Source: Candidatus Latescibacterota bacterium
GTDB lineage: Bacteria; Latescibacterota; UBA2968; UBA8231
DNA length: 64,000 nt
Assembly: GCA_965219385.1 (NCBI GenBank)
Contig: CBDCNM010000002.1
Coordinates: 3,172,305 to 3,236,304, forward strand
Direction of reading: 5' to 3'
Each line of letters begins with the position of its first letter. Within the stretch, counting starts at the first letter, position 1. The position numbers and the translations under genes were made by a program. This document shows, one piece after another, positions 10,588 through 20,957 of this stretch. The notes beneath the pieces were generated by a model. That model worked only from the letters and a program-made list of their open reading frames with translations, was not told the DNA's origin and ran no database searches.

Positions 10588-11004
10588 ATGGCCAAGCCAT
10601 TATGCCAGGATGAGATCATCGAGAAGATAGTCGAAATCCTGCAGAGCAAAAAAGCCCAGGACATCCTGCTCATGGACCTGCGCTCTTTGACCGACACCAC
10701 GGATTTCTTTGTGCTTTGCACCGGCAACTCGGACCTGCACGTAAAGACCCTGGCCGATGAGGTAGCCGACCAGCTCAAAGAGGAAGGGCAGCGCCCCTGG
10801 CATATCGAAGGCAGTAAAACCAGGCGCTGGGTCCTGATTGACTACGTGGACATCGTGGTCCACATCTTCCGCCGGGAAGCCCGGGAATTCTACGCTCTGG
10901 AACGGCTGTGGGGCGACGCCGAGAGCACCTCCTTTGAAGGGGCCTGGGAGGATGCCATCGAAGCCCGCCCCGCGGACGAACCCTTCGTGTTCTCGCGATC
11001 CTGA
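10588..11004 (+). CDS. rsfS: ribosome silencing factor
   Basis: KKAQDI, TDFFVLCTG, WVLIDYVDIVVHIF...FYALERLWGD. Confidence 0.95.
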   Translation: MAKPLCQDEIIEKIVEILQSKKAQDILLMDLRSLTDTTDFFVLCTGNSDLHVKTLADEVADQLKEEGQRPWHIEGSKTRRWVLIDYVDIVVHIFRREAREFYALERLWGDAESTSFEGAWEDAIEARPADEPFVFSRS

Positions 11005-12056
11005 TGCCTGTCCAGACCCTCAAATGGCGCGAATCCGCCCTGAAGTTACTCGACCAGACCCGTCTTCCCGCCGAAGTGGTGTACATCACCTGCCGGGATG
11101 TCGAAACCGTGGCCCGGGCCATCGAAGAACTGAAGGTGCGCGGCGCCCCGGCCATCGGCATTGCCGCGGCCTATGGGGTGGTCATAGGGGCGCAGCAGGC
11201 CCTCTCCAGCAGCCCGGAAGACTTCCGCCGGCAGCTTGGCGAGACCATCCATCGCCTGGGCCGCACCCGTCCTACGGGCGTCAACCTGTTCTGGGCCCTC
11301 AAGCAGATGCAGCAGATTCTCGACGCCGGCCAGGACCAGAGCAACCAGAGCCTGCACCAACAACTCCTGGAGGCCGCCGAGCGCATCTTCGAAGAGGACC
11401 GCGCCATCTGCCGCCGGATCGGACGCAACGGCGCCGCCCTGCTGCAGAACGGCCACAAGGTCATCACCCACTGCAATGCCGGCGGCTTGGCCACCGCGGA
11501 CTACGGCACGGCTCTGGGGGTGGTGTACGCGGCCCAGGAAGAGGACAAGCACGTCACCGTCTTTGCCGACGAAACCCGTCCCCTGTTGCAGGGGTCCCGG
11601 CTCACGGCCTGGGAGCTGGTGCAAAGCGGCGTGGACACCCGGTTGATCTGCGACAATATGGCGGCCTCGGTCATGCGCCGGGAAAATATAGACTGTATCA
11701 TCGTCGGGGCCGACCGCATCGCCGCCAACGGCGATGTGGCCAATAAGATCGGCACCTACGGCCTGGCTATCATCGCCCGGGAACACCAGGTTCCGTTTTA
11801 TGTGGCCGCTCCCATCTCGACCGTGGACATCTCCCTGAATACCGGCGATTTGATCCCCATTGAGGAGCGCAAGCCGGAGGAGATCCGCAATGGTTTCGCC
11901 AAACCCACTGCTCCCCACGGTGTCCAGGTCTACAACCCGGCCTTCGACGTCACACCCCACACCCTGGTTAGCGCCCTGATCACCGAAAAGGGCATTGTCC
12001 GTCCTCCCTTTGAACCTACCCTGCGGCAATGGGTCGGTGAAGATGCGCCGATGTGA
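11004..12056 (+). CDS. mtnA: S-methyl-5-thioribose-1-phosphate isomerase
   Basis: LLDQTRLP, VRGAPAIG, THCNAGGLAT, DETRPLLQG, GADRIAANGD and NPAFDVTP motifs. Confidence 0.95.
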   Translation: MPVQTLKWRESALKLLDQTRLPAEVVYITCRDVETVARAIEELKVRGAPAIGIAAAYGVVIGAQQALSSSPEDFRRQLGETIHRLGRTRPTGVNLFWALKQMQQILDAGQDQSNQSLHQQLLEAAERIFEEDRAICRRIGRNGAALLQNGHKVITHCNAGGLATADYGTALGVVYAAQEEDKHVTVFADETRPLLQGSRLTAWELVQSGVDTRLICDNMAASVMRRENIDCIIVGADRIAANGDVANKIGTYGLAIIAREHQVPFYVAAPISTVDISLNTGDLIPIEERKPEEIRNGFAKPTAPHGVQVYNPAFDVTPHTLVSALITEKGIVRPPFEPTLRQWVGEDAPM

Positions 12057-12915
12057 AAAACGATACGTCGCGCTGTTCGCGTTGCTGACGGTCTGGGCCG
12101 GATGCGCCGGCACGGCCCCCTCCTCCACTTCTGCCCCGCAGTCGGAGACGCGAGCGAAACAGGCCATCAAAGAGGAGTTTGATCCGCGCTCCCTTCGGGA
12201 AGACCTGCTGCTGATCCAGCCGGTGTTCCCCCGTCCGGACCTGGGAGAACCGGATACCACCCCGGCCCAGGAAGTGCCTGAAGTGGGGATTGTCCGGCCC
12301 GACCCGGTCCCCGAATGGGAAAACTTTAGCGAGCGCGTGTACCGCGTCCAGATCATGGCCATTGACAACGAGGAGATTGCCCGGGAGCGCCTTGAGGAAC
12401 TGGAAAAAACCCTGGGCGTACCGGTTTACGTGGAGCCCCAGCGCCATCTCTTTGTGGTGCGCGTCGGCGACTTCCACGAACGCGAAGAAGCAAACCTGCT
12501 CAAGGACAAACTCGTCCGGCTGCACTCGGACTACGAGGATGCTTATGTGATCGCCTTCGAACAGCAGCGCAGCATCCCGGTCCCGGCTCCGGCCGTCGAG
12601 CCGACTCCACCACCCGAAGAGCCCGTCGAGTCCAAAGCCCCCGAGCCGGTCCTGGTCTCCTCCTTTGGTTGGCGCGTGCTCCTCGACCAGTTCCTCACCA
12701 ACGACGATGCGGTCAAACTCAAAAACAGGGCCATGCGTCGCTTAAAGCGCAAGGATATCGCGGTGACCTTCAAGGCCCCCTGGTACAAAGTCGAGCTCGG
12801 CAATTTTCGCACCGAAGCCGAAGCCCAGCAGTGGGTCGAACTCAGCAAGGGCAAAGGATACGGCAACGCCTTGAAGCTACGGGCCCAGATTCTCGTACCC
12901 CGAGAGGAAAGATGA
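12043..12915 (+). CDS. SPOR-domain lipoprotein (two SPOR domains)
   Basis: Lipobox WAGC; YRVQI...VRVGDF and WYKVELGNF. Confidence 0.8.
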   Translation: MRRCEKRYVALFALLTVWAGCAGTAPSSTSAPQSETRAKQAIKEEFDPRSLREDLLLIQPVFPRPDLGEPDTTPAQEVPEVGIVRPDPVPEWENFSERVYRVQIMAIDNEEIARERLEELEKTLGVPVYVEPQRHLFVVRVGDFHEREEANLLKDKLVRLHSDYEDAYVIAFEQQRSIPVPAPAVEPTPPPEEPVESKAPEPVLVSSFGWRVLLDQFLTNDDAVKLKNRAMRRLKRKDIAVTFKAPWYKVELGNFRTEAEAQQWVELSKGKGYGNALKLRAQILVPREER

Positions 12916-14858
12916 GAAAGAAACTCTACATGTTAGGGGTGTTGTTGCCCCTGGCCTCCTGTGCCTCCTGGCGTCCTCCCGAGGCGCCCGCTACGGCAAA
13001 GGCGGCGGTGTACCAGGACTCCGTCCGGATCGACATGCACCTGTCCGTAGACGGCCGGTCTGGTTTAAAAGCCGCCCGCTGGCACCTGCTCCGGGCCCTG
13101 GAGGCCCAATCCGTGGGGCGGTTTGAGCACGCCCGACAGGATCTGGACCAGGCCTTTCACATCCTGGCCGAGCTGGAAACCGACGAGGCCATGCCCGGGT
13201 CGGCCCGCAGACAACAGGAGATTCTGAGCGCCGCGATCGAAGATGTCTACTTCGAGATCCTGCCGCACCTGAAACGCTTTTCCCCCGACAGTCCTCTGCT
13301 CCTCCTGCTCGAGGGGCTTTCCGAAGAGAAGATCGAGGAGTTGCCCCAGGACGCCACGCAAATGGTGCGGATCCACCAACTGCGGCAGCACTGCGACGTG
13401 CCCATTGATGCCAACGCCAAGGTGGCGGCCAGTATCCACTTCTTCCAGACCCGGGGCAAGGAGACCTATGCCACCTGGTTGCAGCGGGCTGGTCGCTATC
13501 GCACCATGATCCTCGACATCCTGAAGGAAGAGGGCATGCCGCAAGATCTTTTCTACATTGCCATGATCGAAAGCGGCTTCAACCCACGCGCCTATTCCCG
13601 GGCCAAGGCCGTGGGGCTGTGGCAGTTCATAGCCAGCACGGGCCATCTGGAAGGTCTCAAAAGAACCCACTGGATAGACGAACGACGGGATCCGGTGAAG
13701 TCCACCCGGGCCGCCGCCCGCCATCTCAAAAAGCTCTATGAGAAATACCAGAACTGGCGTCTGGTAGCCGCTGCGTACAACGCCGGCAGCGGGAGGGTAA
13801 CGCGCGCCATTGAAAAGGCGGGAACCCGCAATTTCTGGGAGCTGAAGCTGCCGCGCGAGACCACCAATTACGTGCCGTTGTTCATGGCGGCCGCCATCAT
13901 CGGCAAAGCCCCGGAACTTTTTGGCTTCGAAGTGGTCAAACCCGATTCTCCTATGAGCTATGCAGAGGTAAAACTGAAGAATCCCATTAGCCTCAAAGCC
14001 GCAGCCAAGTGCACCCGCACCAGCCTTGCCCAGTTGCGGGAGCTGAACCCCGAATTGCGCCGGGGCATCACCCCACCCCGGCCCAGAGGCTTCTACCGCC
14101 TGCACATTCCTCCCGGCAAAAGCCAAGCTTTTTTCGATTGTTACGCCGGACTACCCGAGAGCGAAAAATTCGCTCTCTACCACTACAATGTCCAGCCCAA
14201 CGACAGCATCTGGTCCATCGCCCGGGATTTCGGCGTCAGCTCCGAACTCATCATCGGGGCCAACGACCTCAAAAATCCCGACCGGATTTTCCAGGGCCAG
14301 CAGCTCTACATCCCGCTGGCAGGCCCGTCTAACAAATCCGGGCGCGGGCCCAAAACCAGAAACAACTATACCATCAAACCAGGAGATACCCTGAGCAGCA
14401 TCGCGCAAAGGCACGGGGTCAGCGTGGCCCAGTTGCAGGCCTGGAACCAGCTCGACGGCGATATCATCCACCCGGGCAAAAACCTGAAGGTCGGGGCGTC
14501 GGAAACCCGCGCCCGGCCCGCAACGCGACCCGATATCGACAAAAAAGGCCACCCGTTTCACGTTGTTCAACCCGGCGAGACCTTGTGGTCCATCGGTCAT
14601 CGCTTTGTGGTCGACGTGGAAGACCTGAAGAAGTGGAACCGGCTGTCGGGCTCGCTCATCCATCCCGGGCAAAAGCTGATCGTGGGATCTCCCGACTCCG
14701 AAGAGGGGACTCTCTACACCGTAGCGAAGGGGGATACCCTCTACAGCATCGCCCGCAAATTCGGCTTACAGGTAGAGGATCTGGCCCGCCAGAACAGCAT
14801 CAGCCTCACCACCACCTTGTTGTCCGGCATGACCTTAAAAATCAAACCCCTGAACTAG
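12912..14858 (+). CDS. mltD: membrane-bound lytic transglycosylase with LysM repeats (MltD-like)
   Basis: Lipobox LASC, MIESGF, AVGLWQF, AAYNAG, four LysM repeats. Confidence 0.88.
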   Translation: MRKKLYMLGVLLPLASCASWRPPEAPATAKAAVYQDSVRIDMHLSVDGRSGLKAARWHLLRALEAQSVGRFEHARQDLDQAFHILAELETDEAMPGSARRQQEILSAAIEDVYFEILPHLKRFSPDSPLLLLLEGLSEEKIEELPQDATQMVRIHQLRQHCDVPIDANAKVAASIHFFQTRGKETYATWLQRAGRYRTMILDILKEEGMPQDLFYIAMIESGFNPRAYSRAKAVGLWQFIASTGHLEGLKRTHWIDERRDPVKSTRAAARHLKKLYEKYQNWRLVAAAYNAGSGRVTRAIEKAGTRNFWELKLPRETTNYVPLFMAAAIIGKAPELFGFEVVKPDSPMSYAEVKLKNPISLKAAAKCTRTSLAQLRELNPELRRGITPPRPRGFYRLHIPPGKSQAFFDCYAGLPESEKFALYHYNVQPNDSIWSIARDFGVSSELIIGANDLKNPDRIFQGQQLYIPLAGPSNKSGRGPKTRNNYTIKPGDTLSSIAQRHGVSVAQLQAWNQLDGDIIHPGKNLKVGASETRARPATRPDIDKKGHPFHVVQPGETLWSIGHRFVVDVEDLKKWNRLSGSLIHPGQKLIVGSPDSEEGTLYTVAKGDTLYSIARKFGLQVEDLARQNSISLTTTLLSGMTLKIKPLN

Positions 14859-14868
14859 TGGTTACCTG

Positions 14869-15351
14869 GTGAGTGTCGTACGCCATATCCTGCTGCTCAT
14901 CCTGACTTTCATTCTGCAGACCACCTGGATTCACACCTTTGAGGTTTTCGGGCTGAAGCCGGATCTGGTGGTCCTGCTGCTGGTCTACATTGCTCTCAGG
15001 TCCGGCGCCTTCGAGGCTACCATCCTCGGCTTCGCCATAGGTTTCATCCAGGATGTCGACATACCTGAAAACCTTGGTCTCAACGCCTTGGTCAATTCCA
15101 TCATTGGTTTCTCCGCAGGCTGGGGCCGTTTGCACATCGCGGCCGACAATGTCCAGGTCCAGATCGTCCTGATCTTTGCCGCCGTGCTGGTACACGATTT
15201 GATTTATTATATTGGAGAAAGGGGACTCACCTGGTCAGAAATGCCGTTTTTATGGGTGCGCTACAGTCCGGGCCGGGCCCTGTACACCAGTCTGATCGGC
15301 GCTTTTCTCGCCGCCATCCCGGTCTTGCGCCAGCGCTTTATGCCGGTGTGA
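14869..15351 (+). CDS. mreD: rod shape-determining protein MreD
   Basis: Hydrophobic, KPDLVVLLLVY, GFIQD; lies upstream of mrdA. Confidence 0.88.
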   Translation: MSVVRHILLLILTFILQTTWIHTFEVFGLKPDLVVLLLVYIALRSGAFEATILGFAIGFIQDVDIPENLGLNALVNSIIGFSAGWGRLHIAADNVQVQIVLIFAAVLVHDLIYYIGERGLTWSEMPFLWVRYSPGRALYTSLIGAFLAAIPVLRQRFMPV

Positions 15352-15360
15352 TTGCTTTTT

Positions 15361-17166
15361 ATGGAATTCGTTGATTACAATGACCAGAGCCCCAGGATGA
15401 GGGGGCTTTTGGGGGGGGGCTTCGCCCTTTTCGCCATCCTCGTCCTCCGCCTGTTCTATCTGCAGATCACGGCTTCGGCGGACTACGAAAGGGAATCGGA
15501 AGACAACCGCATCCACCACAAGCGCATCAAAGCCCCCCGGGGCCTCATTCGCGCCCGGGGCGGCGAGCTACTGGCCCAGAACAGGGCCTTTTATACCATC
15601 TCTCTGCTTCGGTCGAACGAGGAGAACTACAACCGTGGGGTCGCCGCCTTGCGGGGGGCTATCGACGGCCACGAAATCATCCACAACTACAATCGCCTGC
15701 ACCGCTCCATTCGCCTCGTGAGAGATGTAAACTTCCGCACGGTATCCATTATCGAAGAACACCTCAAGGACGAGTGGCCGCTGAGTATCGAGATAGAGGC
15801 CAAGCGCGACTACCCGGAGAACGCCCTGGCTGCGCACCTGCTCGGCCACATGGGGAACGTAGAGGAAAAAGAGCTGAAAAGACACCGCGATAGAAACTAC
15901 CGTCTCGGCGATTTTATCGGCAGGACCGGCCTGGAAAAAGCCTATGAGGACCATCTGCGCGGCGAGGATGGCATGCGCGCTATCGAAGTCGATGCCAAAA
16001 ATCGCATCCGGCGTGAATTCCCCGAGCGCGAACAGGCGGCCCGGCCCGGTCGGGATCTGCACCTGACCATCGACTTCGAGGTGCAGAAGGCGGCCGAGAA
16101 AGCCCTGCCCGATACCCTGCCCGGCAGCGTTGTGGCCCTCGATCCCCAGAACGGCGCTGTGCTGGCCCTGGCCAGCAAACCCTCTTTTAACCCCAATGTC
16201 TTTGTTTCCTTTCAAGAGCAGGAGGAACGCACCCGGCTTTTGCAGAGCGACACCAACCTGCTCAACCGGGCCATAGGGGGAACCTATCCCCCCGGTTCCA
16301 CCTTGAAGATGGTGGCGGCGATAGCGGCGCTGGAATCCGGGATCACGGATACCTTGAGCATCTTTGAGGGCTGTGCTGGTTCGCTGCAAGTCGGCGACCA
16401 TGTATTTCACTGTTTCAAAAGAGACGGCCACGGGGAACTCAACCTGCTGGAAGCGGTGGAGACCTCCTGCAATATCTACTTTCTTCGCCTGGCCCAGTTC
16501 CTGAGTATCGAAACCTGGGTGGAGTACGGTAGAAAATTCGGTCTCGGCCAGCCCACGGGTATCAAGCTGGCCCCGGTGGAAAAGCACGGTCTGCTGCCGT
16601 CGCGGCAGTACTATAAAGAGAGGGAGGGATGGAGCCAGGGCCACCTGATGAACCTGGTCATCGGCCAGGGCGCCGTGCTGGTCACCCCCATACAAATGGC
16701 GCGCTACGTCGCGGCTATAGGGAACGGCGGTAGCCTGGTCACCCCTTATGTGTACGGTCCTCCACCAGCACCTGAAAAAATAGAAGAGCTCTCCCCTGCT
16801 ACCTTCGAGATCGTCAAAAAATGCATGCGCCGCGTCGTCTACGGCGAACGCGGCACCGGCAGGAAGGCCCAAATCGATGGGATCGAAGTCGCCGGCAAAA
16901 GCGGCACGGCGCAAGTGCCCGGTAGAAACGACGATGCCTGGTTCATTGCCTTTGCACCTTATGAAAACCCGTCCATTGCCGTGGCAGTGGTCGTGGAGGG
17001 GGGAAGCGGCGGCGGCTCCGTAGCAGGCCCCATCGCTCGACAGGTAATGGAGGCGTTCTTTGCCGGTCGGGCAACCATTGCCAGGCCCGAAAAATCAGAA
17101 GAATCGCAAGCCCTGCAAAGACCCCCTCCCCCCAACCCCGAATCCGCTTATGAGGTTGATACGTGA
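15361..17166 (+). CDS. mrdA: penicillin-binding protein 2
   Basis: YPPGSTLK (SxxK), SCN, AGKSGTAQ. Confidence 0.93.
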   Translation: MEFVDYNDQSPRMRGLLGGGFALFAILVLRLFYLQITASADYERESEDNRIHHKRIKAPRGLIRARGGELLAQNRAFYTISLLRSNEENYNRGVAALRGAIDGHEIIHNYNRLHRSIRLVRDVNFRTVSIIEEHLKDEWPLSIEIEAKRDYPENALAAHLLGHMGNVEEKELKRHRDRNYRLGDFIGRTGLEKAYEDHLRGEDGMRAIEVDAKNRIRREFPEREQAARPGRDLHLTIDFEVQKAAEKALPDTLPGSVVALDPQNGAVLALASKPSFNPNVFVSFQEQEERTRLLQSDTNLLNRAIGGTYPPGSTLKMVAAIAALESGITDTLSIFEGCAGSLQVGDHVFHCFKRDGHGELNLLEAVETSCNIYFLRLAQFLSIETWVEYGRKFGLGQPTGIKLAPVEKHGLLPSRQYYKEREGWSQGHLMNLVIGQGAVLVTPIQMARYVAAIGNGGSLVTPYVYGPPPAPEKIEELSPATFEIVKKCMRRVVYGERGTGRKAQIDGIEVAGKSGTAQVPGRNDDAWFIAFAPYENPSIAVAVVVEGGSGGGSVAGPIARQVMEAFFAGRATIARPEKSEESQALQRPPPPNPESAYEVDT

Positions 17167-18382
17167 GATCGATGCCCTGCTTGTGGCCGCGACCCTGTTG
17201 ACGGCCCTGCTGGGCATCACCACCATCTACAGTGCGACCATCCAGGACGAGTCGCTGAACACGCTGTGGATCCGGCAAATAAAGTTTGTCGTGATGGGCC
17301 TCCTGATGGCTCTGGCCATCGTCTATCTTCCCAACAAGCTTCTGTATGGGATGGCCTATCCTCTCTACCTTTTCAGTCTGGTGCTCCTGATCGCCGTCCT
17401 GGCCTGGGGGATCGGAGAGCCCTCTACCCGCTGGCTGGCTCTGGGCCCCCTACGGTTGCAGCCCTCCGAACTGGCCAAGGTTACCACCATCATCGCCCTG
17501 GCCCGCTATATGAGCGACCGCGGCATCGACGAGGTCAACCACGTCCGCGGCTTTCTGGGCGCCTTGTTTTTCTCCCTGATCCCCCTGGCCCTGGTGGTGC
17601 GCCAGCCCGATCTGGGAACGGCGGTATTCTTCGGAGCGATCCTCTTCCCCATGCTCTACTGGGCCGGCATGCGGCCCCTGTTTATCTTTTGCATCATCTC
17701 ACCCTTGCTCAGCGTGGTATTTTCCTTCGAGGAACTCTGGTATGAGGCTACCCCCTTTATCTTTGCGGCCTTCGTCATCCTTAGTTCCGCCGCCATCCAC
17801 TTCCTGCTGACCAGGCTCTGGATCACCATAACCATGTTCAGCGTCAACCTTTCGGCCGGTCTGATCACGGTGTACCTGTGGGATCAGATGCGCGGCTACC
17901 AGAAGGCGCGGATCCTGACCTTCCTCAACCCGGAGAGCAATCCGCTGAACGAGGGCTGGAATCTCATCCAGTCTAAAATAGCCATCGGATCGGGCGGTTT
18001 GAGCGGCAAGGGGTTCCTGGGAGGGACCCAGACCAAATACGAGTTTCTACCGGCAGCGCACACCGATTTTGTTTTTTCCGTCATCGGCGAAGAACTGGGC
18101 TTCATAGGCGCTCTGGTGGTTCTGTCCCTCTTCGCCTTTCTGATTTGCCGGGCCCTGTACATAGGATTTATAGCCAAAAACCGCTTCTACAGTCTGATCG
18201 CGATCGGGCTGTCCTCCATGCTTACTTTTCACGTCTTTGTAAACATCGGCATGACCACCGGAGTCGTGCCCGTGACCGGCCTGCCCCTGCCTTTTCTGAG
18301 TTACGGCGGGTCTTCGCTGCTGACCAATTTCATGGCCATCGGTCTGCTGCTCCACATCTATACCTATCGCCACGAGTATTGA
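17150..18382 (+). CDS. rodA: peptidoglycan glycosyltransferase RodA
   Basis: QPSELAK, QPDLGTA, HTDFVFSVIGEE and LPFLSYGGSS SEDS motifs. Confidence 0.95.
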   Translation: MRLIREIDALLVAATLLTALLGITTIYSATIQDESLNTLWIRQIKFVVMGLLMALAIVYLPNKLLYGMAYPLYLFSLVLLIAVLAWGIGEPSTRWLALGPLRLQPSELAKVTTIIALARYMSDRGIDEVNHVRGFLGALFFSLIPLALVVRQPDLGTAVFFGAILFPMLYWAGMRPLFIFCIISPLLSVVFSFEELWYEATPFIFAAFVILSSAAIHFLLTRLWITITMFSVNLSAGLITVYLWDQMRGYQKARILTFLNPESNPLNEGWNLIQSKIAIGSGGLSGKGFLGGTQTKYEFLPAAHTDFVFSVIGEELGFIGALVVLSLFAFLICRALYIGFIAKNRFYSLIAIGLSSMLTFHVFVNIGMTTGVVPVTGLPLPFLSYGGSSLLTNFMAIGLLLHIYTYRHEY

Positions 18383-18384
18383 CC

Positions 18385-19470
18385 ATGCGCACGGCTCAAT
18401 TATTGACTTGCCTGGCTCTGCCGGGAATATTCGTCATTGAAGATCCTCTCTCCTGCGGCGCTCCGCCAGACTACCGCCAGAGGGCTATCAACCACCTGGA
18501 GCAGGGCGCCTACGATCAGGCAATCAGCGCGGCTCAGCGCGCCATCCGCAACGACCGCAACGCCGGCTCCCTGCACCTTATAGTGGCTCTGGCCCACCTG
18601 GGCAAGGGCCGTACCGAGGACGCCTTTGCAGCCCTCGAACGGGCGGTCTTGCTCGAACCTGACAACCAGCAGATCCACGCCTCCTTGCGGCAGATCTTCC
18701 TCCAGGAAGAGCGTCTCGATCGGGCCCGCGATATCTTCGAAACCCTGCTCCAGCACGAGCCGGACAACGGACCGGGCAAGGCGGGCCTTGGCTGGGCTTA
18801 TATACATTTGGGAGAAGAAGAAAAGGCGCTCTCGTTGCTGCAACAGGCCACGGCGCACAATGACTCGGATTTGTTTGCCCACGTCCAGTTGAGCCGCATC
18901 TATGCCCAACGGGAACGCATGGCCGAGGCCACCCAGGTGCTGGAGGACGCCCTGGCTATAGATCCGGACAACCTGCAGCTGTTGTTGACCCTGGGGGAAT
19001 ACCGGCTGCGTCAGGACCAGCTGGAAGAGGCGGACCACAGCTTTAAAGACGCCCTGCACAAAAGCGAGAATCGAGCTGCTACCGCCACTCATATCGCCCA
19101 GGTCTACTATGCCCAGGGCCGGCGCCGCAAGGCCATCGAGTACTATGAACGCGCCGTTGAATACGGGCCTCTGGCCCCCCTGGTGCTGAACAACCTGGCC
19201 TGGACCTATGCCGAGGAAGGCGTCCAACTGGACCGCGCCCTGGAGTTGTCTTTGCAGTCGCTGAAAGCCGACGAGGACAACGTGGTATACCTGGATACCT
19301 ACGCCGAGTTGTTTTACAAGAAGGGCAAGTACGGCCACGCCCTGGCCCTTATGCAGCGGGCCCTCGAACTGGAACCAGAGGACGGAGAGCACCACCGGTA
19401 CCTGCGGGAACAGATGCAGAAATTCCGCCGCGCTTTAAAAGATAGCGGGCGAGCGGCGACCCGGCTTTGA
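18385..19470 (+). CDS. tetratricopeptide repeat protein
   Basis: Multiple TPR repeats; LNNLAWTYA...YLDTYA. Confidence 0.85.
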   Translation: MRTAQLLTCLALPGIFVIEDPLSCGAPPDYRQRAINHLEQGAYDQAISAAQRAIRNDRNAGSLHLIVALAHLGKGRTEDAFAALERAVLLEPDNQQIHASLRQIFLQEERLDRARDIFETLLQHEPDNGPGKAGLGWAYIHLGEEEKALSLLQQATAHNDSDLFAHVQLSRIYAQRERMAEATQVLEDALAIDPDNLQLLLTLGEYRLRQDQLEEADHSFKDALHKSENRAATATHIAQVYYAQGRRRKAIEYYERAVEYGPLAPLVLNNLAWTYAEEGVQLDRALELSLQSLKADEDNVVYLDTYAELFYKKGKYGHALALMQRALELEPEDGEHHRYLREQMQKFRRALKDSGRAATRL

Positions 19471-19474
19471 TCGA

Positions 19475-20506
19475 TTATTGACGAAAGCGCTTGTAGTCGA
19501 TCCGCAGGTCCTTCAGCCTCATGTAGAGATTCTTGCGCGACATGCCGATGGCCCTGGCGACTTGGCTGATCACCCCGCTGTGCTGGCGCAGCGCTTCGCA
19601 CAAGTAGCGGCGTTCGAACAAAGTCCTGGCCGCCTGAAACGAAGAGATGCTCAGCTCCACCAGCTTTTCCTCCTCCTTCCACTGGAGAATCTCCTGGGGA
19701 ATATCGGCGATCTCCAGACGGTTGTTGTGCGCGAAAATCGCCATCCGTTCTACGGCGTTTTCGAGCTCGCGGATATTGCCCGGCCATGGATAGGCCTGCA
19801 AGCGCTCTACCACTTCTTGATCGACGCGTATGGCCGCGCACCTGGTGCGCGCGGCGTAGAGCTTGAGGAAATGGCCGATCAACAGCGGGATATCTTCGGA
19901 TCGGTCGCGCAGCGCCGGCAGCCTGACCGGCACTACGTTGAGGCGGTAGAACAGATCCTCGCGAAAGCGGCCGTTCTCCACCTCTTTTTTGAGATCCACA
20001 TTGGTCGCGGCGATCATGCGCACATCCACACTCAATGTCCGGGTGCCCCCGACCCGTTCGAATTCCCGTTCCTGTATTACCCGCAGCAACCGCAACTGTA
20101 CCTTGGCATCGGCGGCGCCGATTTCGTCGAGGAAGAGAGTGCCTTCGTGGGCCAGTTCAAAACGACCGGGCCGCTGGCGCACGGCTCCGGTAAAGGCTCC
20201 TTTCTCGTGCCCGAACAGTTCGCTCTCCAGCATCCCTTCGGGCAAAGAGGCGCAGTTCAAACGGACAAAAGGCCGCTCGCGGCGCGGACTGCTGTAGTGG
20301 ATGGCGTGCGCCAGTACTTCCTTGCCGGTGCCGCTCTCTCCTTGTATCAGAACCGTGGCCTGGGCCGCGGCCATGCGGTCCAGGCGGCGCAAAAAATTTA
20401 GCATAAAGGGACTGCGGGTAATCAGGTATTTGGGCTTGTCCGGAGTCAGGGGATTGACGCATCTATCTACCCGGGAGGGAAGCGTGGAAACGGGCTGCTG
20501 GTACAT
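19475..20506 (-). CDS. sigma-54 dependent activator (AAA+ plus Fis HTH) lacking a sensor domain
   Basis: GESGTGKE, GAFTGA, LFLDEIG, WPGNIREL; GGAGG RBS before ATG 20506. Confidence 0.92.
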   Translation of the reverse strand: MYQQPVSTLPSRVDRCVNPLTPDKPKYLITRSPFMLNFLRRLDRMAAAQATVLIQGESGTGKEVLAHAIHYSSPRRERPFVRLNCASLPEGMLESELFGHEKGAFTGAVRQRPGRFELAHEGTLFLDEIGAADAKVQLRLLRVIQEREFERVGGTRTLSVDVRMIAATNVDLKKEVENGRFREDLFYRLNVVPVRLPALRDRSEDIPLLIGHFLKLYAARTRCAAIRVDQEVVERLQAYPWPGNIRELENAVERMAIFAHNNRLEIADIPQEILQWKEEEKLVELSISSFQAARTLFERRYLCEALRQHSGVISQVARAIGMSRKNLYMRLKDLRIDYKRFRQ

Positions 20507-20568
20507 GGCGACCTCCATAGAGAACGGTGAGGGGGCAGGAGCGTCCAATGGCGTTGCGCCGCCAACCC

Positions 20569-20584
20569 TGCAAGATCCATGCCT
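20569..20584 (-). promoter_or_regulatory. sigma-54 (-24/-12) promoter
   Basis: Minus strand AGGCATGGATCTTGCA = GG-N10-GC, close to the TGGCAC-N5-TTGC consensus, 62 nt upstream of the activator gene. Confidence 0.65.
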
Positions 20585-20957
20585 CTCTTTCCTTCCATCC
20601 TGAAAATCCTCGTCCGCGGATCAGCCTACCCTGTTGTAAAAAAAATGTTTGCGACCGGGTCCGGCCTGGTTTTCCGGTCCTTCTTCATTCCCTGTCCAAC
20701 CCTGTTGTGCCCGGCAGGTTAATCGGTTTTCCGGTACCGGGTGCCGGGAGCCGGTACCGGTTTTCCCAAAAACAAGATGGCAAAAACGGAAGAAGGAGGT
20801 AAACGCGGCCCCTTTTCCCCTTGTATCGCCTCTGGTTTTTTGACATACTTACCATGTGGATCGCGGAGTAGCGTGGACATACGAGGCGAAGTCCACCCAC
20901 GGCTGTGCCGATTTCGCGCAGTACTGATTATCTTTTCAACCAGTAAGGAGCCCTCTC

